A stretch of DNA of 64,000 nt, from the NCBI GenBank assembly GCA_051942205.1, contig JAVECO010000103.1:1-64000 (forward strand). Reading direction: 5' to 3'. Below, one piece after another: positions 43,310 to 55,003 of the stretch (position 1 is the stretch's first letter; each line of letters begins with the position of its first letter). The notes beneath the pieces are model-generated. The model was not told the origin of the DNA. It saw only the letters and a list, made by a program, of their open reading frames with translations, and did not search any database. This DNA is from Coniocarpon cinnabarinum (lineage: Eukaryota). The translations under genes and the position numbers were made by a program.

Positions 43310-44488
43310 TCACGTTTTCCTCTTCTTCGTTGGTGGCGCACCTTTATCGTCACGTCCTCGACCAGACAGTCTCTTGATCTCTTCCATATTTTCTTTGGCG
43401 AGCTCTTCCTCATCCATCTGTTCCAGGTCTGCTTCGTCAAAGCTTCCTCCGCTTGGATCGTCCATCTCATCCGATTCTTGAGCGTCTTTGAACAAGTCAA
43501 TGGCGTTGACCCACACGTCCTCAGCCAGAGCCACTGCCAGCTCTTCCCCATCGGGAAAGATCTCCACAGCAAGGTAAGTTGGCATCTCACTAGATAATTC
43601 AATGTCTTCCTCGTCTTCATCGTCCTCTTCGGCTTTACCGTCCGATTGTGCACCATCAAGACCGTTGGTTCTGATCTTTTCCCGCTGTTGTTTCTCAATG
43701 GCACGTGCTGACCGATCTTGTGCGACTGACACCCATGGGCCGTGATAGCCAAACCAAGTGAAGAACGACTGGCTGCCCTCAGTGGTCCGATCAACCTTGC
43801 CCATCAATGATGAGTATTCTGGTAATTGTTTCGACTGTTCGGCTTTAGTCTTTGCATCCGCATAATCTTTGGCGTCCAGTAGTCCTTTCGTCGTTTGTGC
43901 CTCCCACAAATCACATGCGGCGTCTGTCAAGCCATTTGTAATATCTTTGCCCTGTTTCCAATGGATCCGCGTCGGCGCTGAGACACGCCCAGCCCAGATT
44001 GGCGCAAGGTCACTCTCACCTTCGACGGATCGGCGGAACCAAAAGTCCTTCTCAATCACGCGGTCCTCGAAAAATTCGTTCTCTTTGAATTCGAATCGAA
44101 AGCGAATGCTCCGCGGCTCTCCAAAGCGCTCCTCGGAGATCTCTGGGGTACTTGCCTGCAACAGCGAGCTGAAAGCTTCCGGAGTGCCCTGGCTCTCGAA
44201 ACGCTCCACAGAAAAGCCAGTGAGGTAGCTCGCCAAGACATTGCTGTCTGACGGCTGGATATATTGATCGACTTCCGGTGGCGCTTGCTCAAAGACCAAG
44301 GGCCAGAAGTTGGGTATGCGCTGCGCAAGCTCTGCCCGTTTGCCAAACACGTTTTTGGAGATGGCGTGTTGAAACGCGGTGGTAAGTGCGTCGATGCTGT
44401 CAAAGTTGCTGCTGAGGTTCTCTAACTCTCCATATGTTGCGGAGGGGACTTCGCTAGTCGAGGCGTGGTCTTGTGCTTCAGCGGGCAT
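43310..44488 (-). CDS. Nucleosome assembly protein (NAP/SET/Vps75) family histone chaperone
   Basis: IPNFWPLVFEQAP, RSIRFRFEFKENEFFEDRVIEKDFW, IHWKQGKDIT, SFFTWFGY, GEELAVALAEDVWVNAIDLF, acidic tail and C-terminal NLS PPTKKRKT. Start ATG 44488 inferred. Confidence 0.9.
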   Translation of the reverse strand: MPAEAQDHASTSEVPSATYGELENLSSNFDSIDALTTAFQHAISKNVFGKRAELAQRIPNFWPLVFEQAPPEVDQYIQPSDSNVLASYLTGFSVERFESQGTPEAFSSLLQASTPEISEERFGEPRSIRFRFEFKENEFFEDRVIEKDFWFRRSVEGESDLAPIWAGRVSAPTRIHWKQGKDITNGLTDAACDLWEAQTTKGLLDAKDYADAKTKAEQSKQLPEYSSLMGKVDRTTEGSQSFFTWFGYHGPWVSVAQDRSARAIEKQQREKIRTNGLDGAQSDGKAEEDDEDEEDIELSSEMPTYLAVEIFPDGEELAVALAEDVWVNAIDLFKDAQESDEMDDPSGGSFDEADLEQMDEEELAKENMEEIKRLSGRGRDDKGAPPTKKRKT

Positions 44489-45047
44489 GGTTGCTGCGGC
44501 TACTTTCCTACTAATCATGCGTTGCGAGGAGGCTCGAGTCCAAAGCTTGAGCTCGCTAGTGGAATTGGCAGGCGAGCTAAGGCGAGCTAAGCCCTCCACG
44601 TCAAGTCGATTTGTGGCTGCCGCCCTTCCGCCTCACGAGTGCACGTGCCATGAAAGCGATGGTGCCGGAGTGGCGTTGGTGGATGCGCCCTCAGAAACGA
44701 CTTTTCCTGCTGTCGCTTGTGCAACTGCTTCGTCGCTGGCCGTCCCGCCGCTACAGTCTACCAGGCGCGCCCGGCATATCCATCATCCACTCCACGGTGC
44801 GACCGGATGGGGCAGGTCGAAGTCACAGCCAGCCAGGCCAAGCGTCTCTTAGGTAACAGCTCCGCGTGACATGGCCAGCGCGGATTTGTCGCGTAGCATC
44901 TTGACGGAAGACGACCTTGGCGCTCCTCTTCATTTCCTGCTTGCCCTCCCAGAGTGCGGGGATGGTGACGTGCCACCTGCAGGCCCGGTGCAAGCCAAGC
45001 GCCCTATATACCATCACGTTGCTGCACGCCGGCTGGCGGACGCAGTC

Positions 45048-45082
45048 TGGGCTGTCATGGGCTGTCATGGGCTGTCATGGGC
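45048..45082. repeat. 10-bp tandem repeat (TGGGCTGTCA)x3.5
   Basis: Perfect units in the divergent intergenic region between the NAP-family gene and gtaA. Confidence 0.8.
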
Positions 45083-46199
45083 CATCACGCGCGTCCTGCG
45101 TTTTCGTCGACTCGTCGCTGGGCGTCGGCTGATGCGTCGCCGCCAAGGAACAAAGAGCTCCCGACGCTTGGGGCAGAAGAATGCAAGTGACAGGCGTGCA
45201 AAGCAGATCATGGCGCGAACTCTGGGGGGAACCGCTCGATCTGGCATGGGATCTGCAGGGCGCCCGCCGCACAGAAAACATCTTCTTGTTGCTTGTTGGG
45301 TTTGCCGCCTGTGCTGTCGCTCGGTTAGGCTCAACGCCGCCGTGCGCACTCGGAGCCTGGAGGTACCCAGCGTCACAAAAAGCACGCATCGGTAGCGCCT
45401 GGTTGCGCTCCCCTCAGCTTGCAACGTGGCTGGACGCTCATTTCCGCCGCACGCCCTGTCCACGAATAGCTTTCGTCCTCGCCCTGGACACGCTCAGGCA
45501 CCTGTCAGCTCTTGACGTGCTGCTCAGGGGTCTTCGAAACTTGCCCGAACGCGGCCGTTCGGTGTAGAGGTACACCCTGGAGCAAAGCGGGGAAAAAATG
45601 GGGTAGCCCTTAAAGACGCGCAAAGACGGACCAGGGTCTCCTGCTCATGTGGTCGAGCGAGGACGGGAGACGGCGTGCCTGATCTCGTCTACGTCGTGGC
45701 CACTGGTGCCAGCAGACGCAATCTGTCCACGCTCCCTGACATGTTTACGCTTTCACGCCGACGCGGCCGATCACCTCGAGGATCGAGAAAAAGGTGGGTC
45801 GTTGGCGTGCACCCAGGAAGGCACCCACCTTTCTGTGTTTCGGTGCACTTGACGCGACTTTGCGACTTCCCATGTTAGCGCGTTGCTGGGGTGCGCCTGA
45901 TCCACTCTGCCCCGTTTGTGGACAGGAGCCGCATGATCTTCTTATTCGTTGTGTCGTGCTTCTCCTTTGCTCTCACCACCATTCATTCTTGTCATTGGTT
46001 TGGCCTGCTCCGTGCGCTGCTCGCTCATGTACTAGCATACAGAATACTTAATTCCTTCCGTTCTCTTTCTCTTCTCTTGTTTTCCTTAATACTTGGTCGG
46101 CTCTGCTGTCATCGCCGTCCTGGGCTGTATCTGGACTTGCTGCCATTCTCAAGCAAGCAACTACACGAGGGCTTCCGCACTGCGAGCAGTCAGACCGCC

Positions 46200-49151
46200 A
46201 TGGGTTTCTGTGCTACGGTCACTGCACTCGCAGCGTGCATACTCCCCTTTTCTGCTGCGCAGCAGGCTGGCACCACGTCGACCTTTGACCCGGCACGTCC
46301 TCCAGCCCTTCCTCTTGCCGTCAAGTCACCCTACCTGAGCACATGGCAATTTGCAGGCTCAGATGGAGGAAATGGCGGCTATCTTGCAGGGCAGTGGCCA
46401 ACTTTCTGGACGTGAGTCCTCTGCAGACCGATGGCAGGCGTCGGCTCGCCCGGGCTAACGCTTCAATCCAGCGGTGCCGTTGTTGGCTGGACTGGTCTAG
46501 TGCGTGTCGACAACGACGTCTACACGTGGATGGGAGCACCAAATGTCACCGGCGTCATTCCTCCCGTCGTCAACCAGACGAGTTATTCCTATACGTCGAC
46601 GCGCAGCATCTTCCAGATGGATGTGGCGGGCAAGGTCGACATGAACATTACATTCCTGTCTGCCGTGTACCCGCAAGACTACATGCGGCAATCCTTCCCT
46701 ATTTCGTTCCTGGACGTCTCGGTCGAATCCAAAGACGGCGTGGATCACAGCGTGCAGGTATACACCGACATCTCAGCCGGTAAGTGAACAGCCTCCTGAA
46801 TGAGCTTTTGGACAGGCAGCGGTGGCCGCCGCCTCACGGGTGGCTCCAGCAAGAATGTGGACAGCCACAGCACAGCTCATCAGACGGCCACGCGCAGAGT
46901 AGAGACGAGAGGCTGACGCGCGGGTGACTGCAGAATGGATCTCTGGGGACCGATTGGCGATCGCGCAGTGGTGAGTAAACATCATCAGCATTCTTGAGGT
47001 CCCCACATTCCCCAGGGAGAACGTGGGCGCTGACTCATACTTCCCCAGGGACTTTGGCCTGATTGGGGCTAGCCCTGCCGAGTCGAGCCAGACTAGCGGT
47101 TCTTCTGCCAGCTCCACCGCCGACGCTTCGACCACCGCGGGTTCGTCCTCGACGTCCGCGTCCGCCAGCGACAGCTCCACCCTCTCGTCGACCACTGCAG
47201 CAGCACAGCGCCGCCGGCTGGAGGCCGACGTGGACGCCCGTGATGCTCCAGAGCACCACTACCAAACCTATGGTACCAGGAAGAATTTCGACATTATCGA
47301 CTACGAGACCCACTATCGCCATCCTTTCGTCCCTACGACCTCCAACTACGTGAACCCGATCCCTGCAGCCTCGCCCACCACTCTTGCGCCGGCGTCGCCT
47401 TCGTTCGCACAGCCCGCAGCGTTGGAGACCGGGGGTATTGCCTTCCACAAGGTTTACCGCCAGACTCAACTTGCTTTCTCCGAAGTCGGTGACCAAACAG
47501 AATATGGCTACTGGTAAGCATGTAGTCGCTGCGACAGTGACTGGTTGCGGAAGCTGACACACTCGCCTTAAGGTATTATGCGACAGACAACTCCGAGCAG
47601 CTGACCTACCAGCAAGGTCCTGACAATTCCGTGCGTGAGGTCTTCCTGTGCAATGGCTACCTCAACAATTCCCTCGACACCGCCTTCCGCGCCATCAACG
47701 ACTCTTATCCAGTGTTTGGCTTCGCTTATGACTTCGGCAATGTGACTACGCCTCAGAACCATCTTTGGGCAATTGCACTAGCCCAGGAGCAGGCCGTGCA
47801 ATTTGACGGCGCTCAGGGAAATCAGACTGTCAACTCGTTGTGGACAGAGACTTACGCTAACGATACCGATGCGGTCAGTCCTCTCGACCTTCAGTAGTAT
47901 GGTCAGGCAGCTAACCTCGATCAGCTCCAATTTTACTTCAACGATTATCCCACCGCGGTGTCCGCGTCCGATGCTCTCGACGCACAAGTGGCGTCTGATT
48001 CGACAGCCAATGGCGGTTCCAATTACACGCTCCTGACGACTCTTGCCGTGCGCCAAGCATTTGGTGCCTTGGAATACACGAACACGAGCGAATCGCCATT
48101 GATATTCCTCAAAGAAATCTCTTCGGATGGCAACGTCAACACTGTTGATGTCATTTTTCCCTTCCATCCCATCTCCATCTACCTGAATCCGGATATTCTC
48201 AAAAACCTCCTCGATCCGCTTTTCATCAACCAGGAGAACTTCCACTGGCCTTTTCAATACAGCATTCACGACATTGGCAGCCGCTTTCCGAACGCCACTG
48301 GTCACGACGATGGCATGGCAGAGATGCAGCCATTGGAAGAGTGCGGCAACATGATTATTATGACTCTTGCCTATGCACAGCGCGCCAACGATACCGCGTA
48401 TCTGCAACAGCACTACGACATCCTCCGTCAATGGAACGACTACCTCGTCAATGACAGTCTTATTCCGCAGAACCAAATCAGTACCGATGACTTTGCTGGC
48501 GCGCTCGAAAATCAAACGAACTTGGCCGTCAAAGGCATTATTGGTATTGAGGCAATGGCCGTCATCGCCAATTTGACAGGCAATTTTGATGATGGCGCCA
48601 ACTTCACCAACATTGCACACTCGTACATATCCCAGTGGCAAACTCTGGCTGCAGCGGCTGGCGCTAATCCACCTCATACCACCCTTAACTACGGTAACGA
48701 TACCACCTATAGTTTGCTCTACAATGTCTTCTCCGACAAAGAGCTAGGACTAGGTCTGGTCCCACAGGAGATCTTTGATCAGCAGTCTGCATTCTATCCC
48801 ACGGTCCTAGATCAATATCCGTATGGGGCGCCCTTAGATACGAGGGGCAACTATACGAAGAACGACTGGGAGATTTTCTGTGCCTCTGTGGCCTCGGCAG
48901 AAACTAAAGCGCAATTCATCAACGAGATTGCTCAGTGGGTCAGCGAAACTCCCACCAACCTCCCTCTGACGGATCTGTACTATTGCGAATCGGGCGACTA
49001 CCCCACTGTCAACAACAGTACGATTTTCTTTGCAACGCGGCCTACGGTTGGTGGCTACTTTGCACCACTTGCACTCGACAGTGCGCCTGCAGCGCCCGTG
49101 TCTATTCCTGGCCCTGCAGACGGTGCAGTAACCCGGCGATGGGATAGCTGA
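46200..49151 (+). CDS. gtaA: Secreted glutaminase A (GtaA family); introns 46412-46471, 46780-46933, 46971-47048, 47514-47572, 47874-47924
   Basis: Signal peptide, STFDPARPPALPLAVKSPYLSTW, VQVYTDISA|EWISGD, FLKEISSDGNVNTVDVIFP, QPLEECGNMIIM, QISTDDFAGALENQTNLAVKGIIGI, LDTRGNYTKNDWE; all five introns GT-AG and frame-restoring. Confidence 0.93.
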
Positions 49152-49535
49152 GACTTGATGACAAAGTATCGAGCCTAAGAACGACCTTAGATTCCTAGTA
49201 AATAGTAATGATTACTTCACGTCCATGGTCCTGCAAGATACTTTCCATGCTTGTAGTCGAACATTATGGTACATAGCTCTACGGCACTTGGGCGCCCTTG
49301 TGCACACGCGCGTGCATCATTGCCGTGAGATTCCTGCTGAAGAGCTTGCCCTATGTAAGAGCCATGCAAGTGTATGCCTGAGGGGTCCGCGACAGGGACG
49401 GGTATCACTTCCGGCAGGACACGGGCCACTTCTGCGGTGTTGCTGAGCATCACTGCTGCAACAACGTTCGATTCTGTCTGCTGCCCAAGTTACAGAGCCG
49501 GGCGAAGACGGCGCGCTTTGCTATATTTAACAAAC

Positions 49536-50886
49536 ATGTGCAGGTGGTTCGCCTACGTGTCGCCCTCGGCTGGTCTTTCCCCAAGTAGCCTGAAGCCTTG
49601 ACCTTGGAGGCTAACAGTATGCAGGAACCGGCTCTGCTGGAAGACATCTTGATCACGCCAACCAACTCATTATCGCGTCAAGTCAATTCCCACTATTTGC
49701 CAAGATTGGTGCCGCACCATCCACATTCGCTTGATCCCAGGCACGACAAGCTCGCTGCCGCACGGAATAGCCTGTTCAATCTTGACGGGCTGGGAATAGC
49801 ATGGTAAGTCCTGCAAGTTTCGTTCAGTCCGTTGCATTGGTTCAAGCTAGGAAATTGAATGGGGAGTACACCGCTGGCTTTGCTTTAATGCGTACACCGG
49901 CGGCGGCGACTGCGTGTCTCTCAATCTAATGAGCCTTGCGCTACTGACAGCGGCCCTCATTGGGCATTTTCTAGGTACACTCATGCCCAGTCAGAGTTTC
50001 ATGACGCTTTCAAGGGTCAGCATCCTGCACTTTACAAAACAGTGTCACCTCCAATCAATGATTTCAACGCTCGGTCTTTGTGCGCTAACACCACGTCCAA
50101 TGCGGTCTTCGCTCACATTCGTGCCTCATCAGGCTCTGTGGTGCAGCAATCCAACTGTCACCCCTTCGTTTTCGGCCGTCATACATTCATGCACAACGGC
50201 GTCGTAGCACATTTCGCAGACATTCGGCGTGACCTGTGCGACATGGTAGACCGAGACGCATTTGCGGCAGTTATTGGCAGCACAGATAGCGAGCACCTTG
50301 CTGCGCTCTATATCACCCTTCTCACAAGAGGAAAAGGAAGTGCGGCAGGAAAAGCAGCATGGGAGCAGCAATATTCGCGCGAGGAAATGGCGGCTGCGCT
50401 GATGGCATGTGTGCAACATGTGCTCAGCTTACAGAAACAGACGAAAGGCAGCGACATGAGGCCAAGTTCACTAAACCTTGCAGCCACCGATGGCGTTAAG
50501 CTAGTGACCATCCGATTCCGCAACTGTGATGGCGAAGAACCTCGTGAGTCAAGCTCTTGCGCAGTGATGTGATTTACTCGGAACGAGATTGACAGGAGTT
50601 TAAAACAGCGTCGCTCTACTACTCCACCACGGCTGGCATCACGTTGAACCGCAAGTATCCTGGACATCCAGATTCCGAAGAGAAGAGTGCCAAACACAAG
50701 GGTCATATGAAAGCTAATGAACATGGCGAGCACATCATTGTGAGCTCTGAGCCAACCACTTTTGACGAGAACGAGTGGACATTGATCCCGCGGAATACGC
50801 TACTGCTGTACGATGACAGAGGCAAAATGACAACGACACCAGCAGTCTATGACGAGACGCTTAATGCCATAGATCCGAACGCGTAG
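49536..50886 (+). CDS. Class II glutamine amidotransferase / Ntn hydrolase (Dug3/EgtC-like); introns ~49569-49624, 49804-49974, 50544-50608
   Basis: N-terminal nucleophile M-C-R-W-F-A-Y, NLDGLGIAW|Y, FAHIRASS, NCHPFVFGRHTFMHNG, GSTDSEH, IVSSEPTT. Confidence 0.9.
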
Positions 50887-51092
50887 AGTTCACTATGCAG
50901 CATCGCGTCTTGCAGTCAAACACCGCTGTGAGACTGCCGAAGACGAGCGTGAAATGTAATCGCCAGTCTAGGGACATAGCACTGAGGATAGGCCGATGAG
51001 TCCTCGCAGGGACGGTAGCCATAGCAGTAGACGTCGTAGTCGAGTTTGCGCGGCATGCCGCCCATGCTATGGTCGAGCGCGAATCTAAAGGC

Positions 51093-51731
51093 GGCATATT
51101 GCTCCCATATACAAAAAAATGTTGGTAATTACTGATATATACATCGATATATTCGAAATTACTGCAATATACGTATACGTATATGCCATTTATAGTAAAA
51201 AAATTCAAAGATATCGATATAATTATCGTATTCATCTGTCCACGTGCGATTATGCGCCACTGTGATGCCCTTAATTTTAAGATACAATTACGCGTCAACA
51301 CGTCTCTAATATACGCTACTCGCATGCGCTCACATAACCTGCTGCGCTCAACACGTCTTAGTTATACGTTAGTTGCACGCGCTTATATAACACGCTAAGG
51401 CTCTTATATACAATTTATAATACTTTTTCTTAGTATATAGTCTATAAGATTTTGTATCATATTACTCGCTACTAGTCCTATTTTAAATCTTCTTAGTTAT
51501 ATGTTAGATTACGTGCAAATCACGTGTAGACTTGTGCAGCCACATATTCCGCCTTAAGCCTTAGGCAATAATATGTGCACGTGAGTAGATGTATACAATA
51601 TTTATATTGATATTTTTATAATTTCTTACTATAACTGGTATATACGTATACGTATATTGCAGTAATTTTGAATATATCGATGTATATATCAGTAATTACC
51701 AACATTTTTTTGTATATGGGAGCAATATGCC
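51093..51731. mobile_element. 639-bp non-autonomous TIR DNA transposon (MITE/MULE-like), 155-bp TIRs, 12-bp TSD
   Basis: Ends GGCATATTGCTCCCATATAC... / ...GTATATGGGAGCAATATGCC; TIRs 51093-51247 and 51577-51731; direct repeat GAATCTAAAGGC at 51081-51092 and 51732-51743; AT-rich, no transposase. Confidence 0.93.
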
Positions 51732-51855
51732 GAATCTAAAGGCTCTGCAACCGTGACCCTGGCAGGGTTTTGAAGTAAACTCAGTCTGAATATAGATTTG
51801 ATCCGCAACGCAGACTTGGATTCGCTATTCATTGTATGCTCGTCAATCTCTGTTG

Positions 51856-52487
51856 ATGGCTGGTATGGGTCCTCTACCGGGCACGGCGCCCTACATGGGC
51901 CGTTTTGGAGCTCAGCAACAGAGTGCCCCCGGACAAGAATGGTCAGAACAACAGATGACTCGCTATGTAAGTGCCACAGCTCCTGGACACCCGAAAATCA
52001 ACACACGGCTTACAAGGCGCAGGTGCAAGCCTTTATGGAATCCTGTCCTGCCAAGACTGCCATGGCTGGGTTCGCGGGCTTTGCTTTGGGAGGCATGTTT
52101 GGTCTTTTCATGTCCTCCATGCGCTATGACACACCCATGTCCTCTGCTCTACCAGGCGCTCCTGGAGCGGCCATCTCCGAGCTTCCGTGGCGGCAGCAGC
52201 TCCGTCACGGACTGACAGACATGGGAAAAGCGTCCTATTCATCCGCGAGGAACTTTGGCACCGTAGGCGCAGTATTCTCGGGGACGGAATGCATCATCGA
52301 AGGTCTTAGAGCGAAGAATGAGCTGAGCAACGGAGTAGCAGCGGGCTGCATCACTGGTGGCATACTCGCGAGGAAAAGCGGACCGCAAGCAGTCGCGCTT
52401 GGTTGCGGAGGCTTCGCGGCCTTTAGTGCGGCGATTGACTGGTACATGCGGCAACCTAGCGATACAGGAGTTGGGAGAGTCGATTGA
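51856..52487 (+). CDS. TIM22: Mitochondrial import inner membrane translocase subunit Tim22; intron 51967-52022
   Basis: [78 protein letters not shown]. Confidence 0.95.
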
Positions 52488-54044
52488 GAGAGGGCACAAG
52501 AGCGCAAAGACACAAATTCTGCATGACCTGATTTCAAGCATTAGCGCGGTGTTGAGCAATTTCTCGCGCTTAGAAAGCGGTAAGACGTCTTCTTTCGAGG
52601 GCAGATCGCAGGCTGGGTTGCATTGATGGCTCGCCTAACATCCTGTCAAAATCTGGCGTCAGTACGACAAGCCTCACGTCAGGTTGAGGATGCTTACTAG
52701 TAGAAGAGAAATCAGTCAAGCACGTTCACAATGCTGTCGTTGCAAAGAAAGGCGCTATTGACGCCTGCACCCAGCGAACGATCGAAGGCGTCAACAGCCT
52801 CTGCAAGAGGATGGGTGGAGATAAAGCTCAACTTGTGAATGTTACTTTACATTTGATCTCTCTATCGACTGCACTAGATCTCGATGCGCGGCTCAAAGCA
52901 TAAGCTCGAAACACACCAAGTTGGAGCATCTCGCAACAGCGCTGTGAGAAGCGTCTCCCAGGAAGACTACGTGCAGGTAGAGCCAGGATTGGATATCAAG
53001 AGAATGAAACAGAAGTGGTAGGCAGGCAAGTAACAAATGAAGTACTGCAAGAAATTTTACCGCGAGGAAAGCGTACGAAGCCGAGCGAAGGTTGATGTGA
53101 GCAGATGCCGTTCAGACAAGAGCAAGAGGATTTGGTCAAACAACTCGATCTACGCATTGAATACGCGCAGCGAAGATTACGCATAGAGGTCGTTGCCGCT
53201 TTCTTATATGCCTGCATTGTGCGCGTTCCGGCACACCACAAATCCGGATGATCAGCCCTTGGCATAGGGATGAACGGGGCATTACAGCTGCTACTGAATG
53301 TCGCATGGTCGTAGAGGCGTGGGGATCTCGCGGCTCAAGGCAAAGTGTCTTTGGCCTACGGGCATCGATAAAACTCCTGAAAGCAGCGAGCAAGACGGCG
53401 AGTGCTCCTAATACTTCACAAAGCACCCAATTGCACTGTGAGACTCATCTTCAAGCTCAGTTGTTGTCTTAATCAAGGCTACGCTGTGAGACTCATTCTT
53501 GTTCTAGACATTACCTAGCCGCAAAGCCACAGCAACGGACAACCCTACGTGTCTGAGGGCGACAACCTCGGGTAAGACGAGGTATAGGAAGCGCAGCCGA
53601 CCGGCAGTTCAGAGAATGCTTGCCAAGGGTGTCATCGATCCAACCAATCAATGGCCCGGATCTCAGCTCCGGATCCTTCACCTTCCCTAACCGGCATGAC
53701 AGGTTACCCCAATGTGCCCACGGGGTAGTGCGTTAGGAGACGTTTGACATGAGATCGACCGGTCGTTCCTGTTCACGCAGGCGTCGATGTCTACCAGCTG
53801 TGTTTGATGCACCTGTCTCGTCACCAGCCAAAGGCTTCGATCGAGGGTCTGGGCATTTAGGGAGTGGGGTCCACATGGCAAAGTGCCGATGCCGTGGTCT
53901 GCTATATGAGGTCGTCATGCACCCCCCTAGAAGGCGGTCGTGCTGTGCTTGCTCCTGCTAAACGCGTGCGTCTACCATACAGCTGAGCGGTCAGCCCTCG
54001 TCCTCTGTCGTACGCGTATTGCATAGACAGAGAGAACGGAAACA

Positions 54045-55003
54045 ATGTCCTCGTCGTCGGACTTCAAGACGTCGCCTACAGGGGTCGAGCAGGCGGGCAA
54101 TGGCTCGGACCTGAGCCGTCAGGTCACTCTTCAGCTGTCGCCCGAACAATACGAAAGGCTTTTCTTCACTCCTACACCACCGCGTGGAGAGACAGCCCTT
54201 GCCAAAAAACTCGGAAATCCGACATTGCTTGGCCTTCTTGGATTTTTAATTCCTTATTCTTCGACCATCTTCTGCCTCATTGGCTGGCAGGGCGCTGTGC
54301 CGCCGCAATCCCTCATCGGACTCTACGGCGACTATTACTTCTTGGGCTCCATTGCCATGACTATCGCGGGAATAGCAGAGTTCGTGCTCGGCAATAGTGA
54401 GTCACGCGTCCTAGTAGGCCATGTAGCGCAAGATCTGATGACTTCAAAGCATTTCCGTTCGCGGTCTTCATCATCTATGGAACTCATTGGGGCTCGTTAG
54501 CGTACACAACGGACCCAAGCCACAACCTCGTGGCCGGGTTGGCACAAGAAGGTGGTGTCAATGGAGCGGCGTGGAACGCTTCGCAGGGTTTCCACAACGT
54601 CACAATGTGTTTGGTTAGCTTTACTTTGATGGTCGCAACGTTCAGGGTGAATGTGCTCTTTACGTTGGTCTTTTTGGGCCTTGTGTTTCTTTTTGCATTC
54701 ATTGCTGCTGGTATGTACTCGATTTCACCCTCCCAGTGTCATTCGGCCAGGTACTAATTGATGCCAGCGGATTTCCGTGTCGCATCAGCAACAACAGAGG
54801 CGGATGTGGCATATATCACGTACCTACTGAAAATCGGAGGCGGCTTTGGGATGCTGGGCGTCGTCGTGGGATGGTACCTCGCTCTCATCACTGCTTGCGA
54901 ATCTACGGGAATCCCATGCCCCTTGCCTGTGTTTGACCTAAGCTCGCACGTATTCCCTGACAAGAGCAAAAACCAGCTGAAGACAGATGAGCATCAAGCC
55001 TAG
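54045..55003 (+). CDS. GPR1/FUN34/YaaH family acetate/ammonia transporter; introns 54397-54449 and 54711-54767
   Basis: LSPEQYERLF, KKLGNPTLLGLLGF, AEFVLGN|TFPFAVFIIYGTHW, RVNVLFTLVF, PLPVFDLS; about 6 TM segments. Confidence 0.92.

Noticed and set aside
47778..48677. 299-aa antisense ORF (and similar antisense ORFs elsewhere)
   Set aside because: Shadow of the codon-biased gtaA coding strand.
50861..51398. ORFs overlapping the TIR element as possible transposase
   Set aside because: No DDE or DNA-binding motifs; incidental AT-rich frames.
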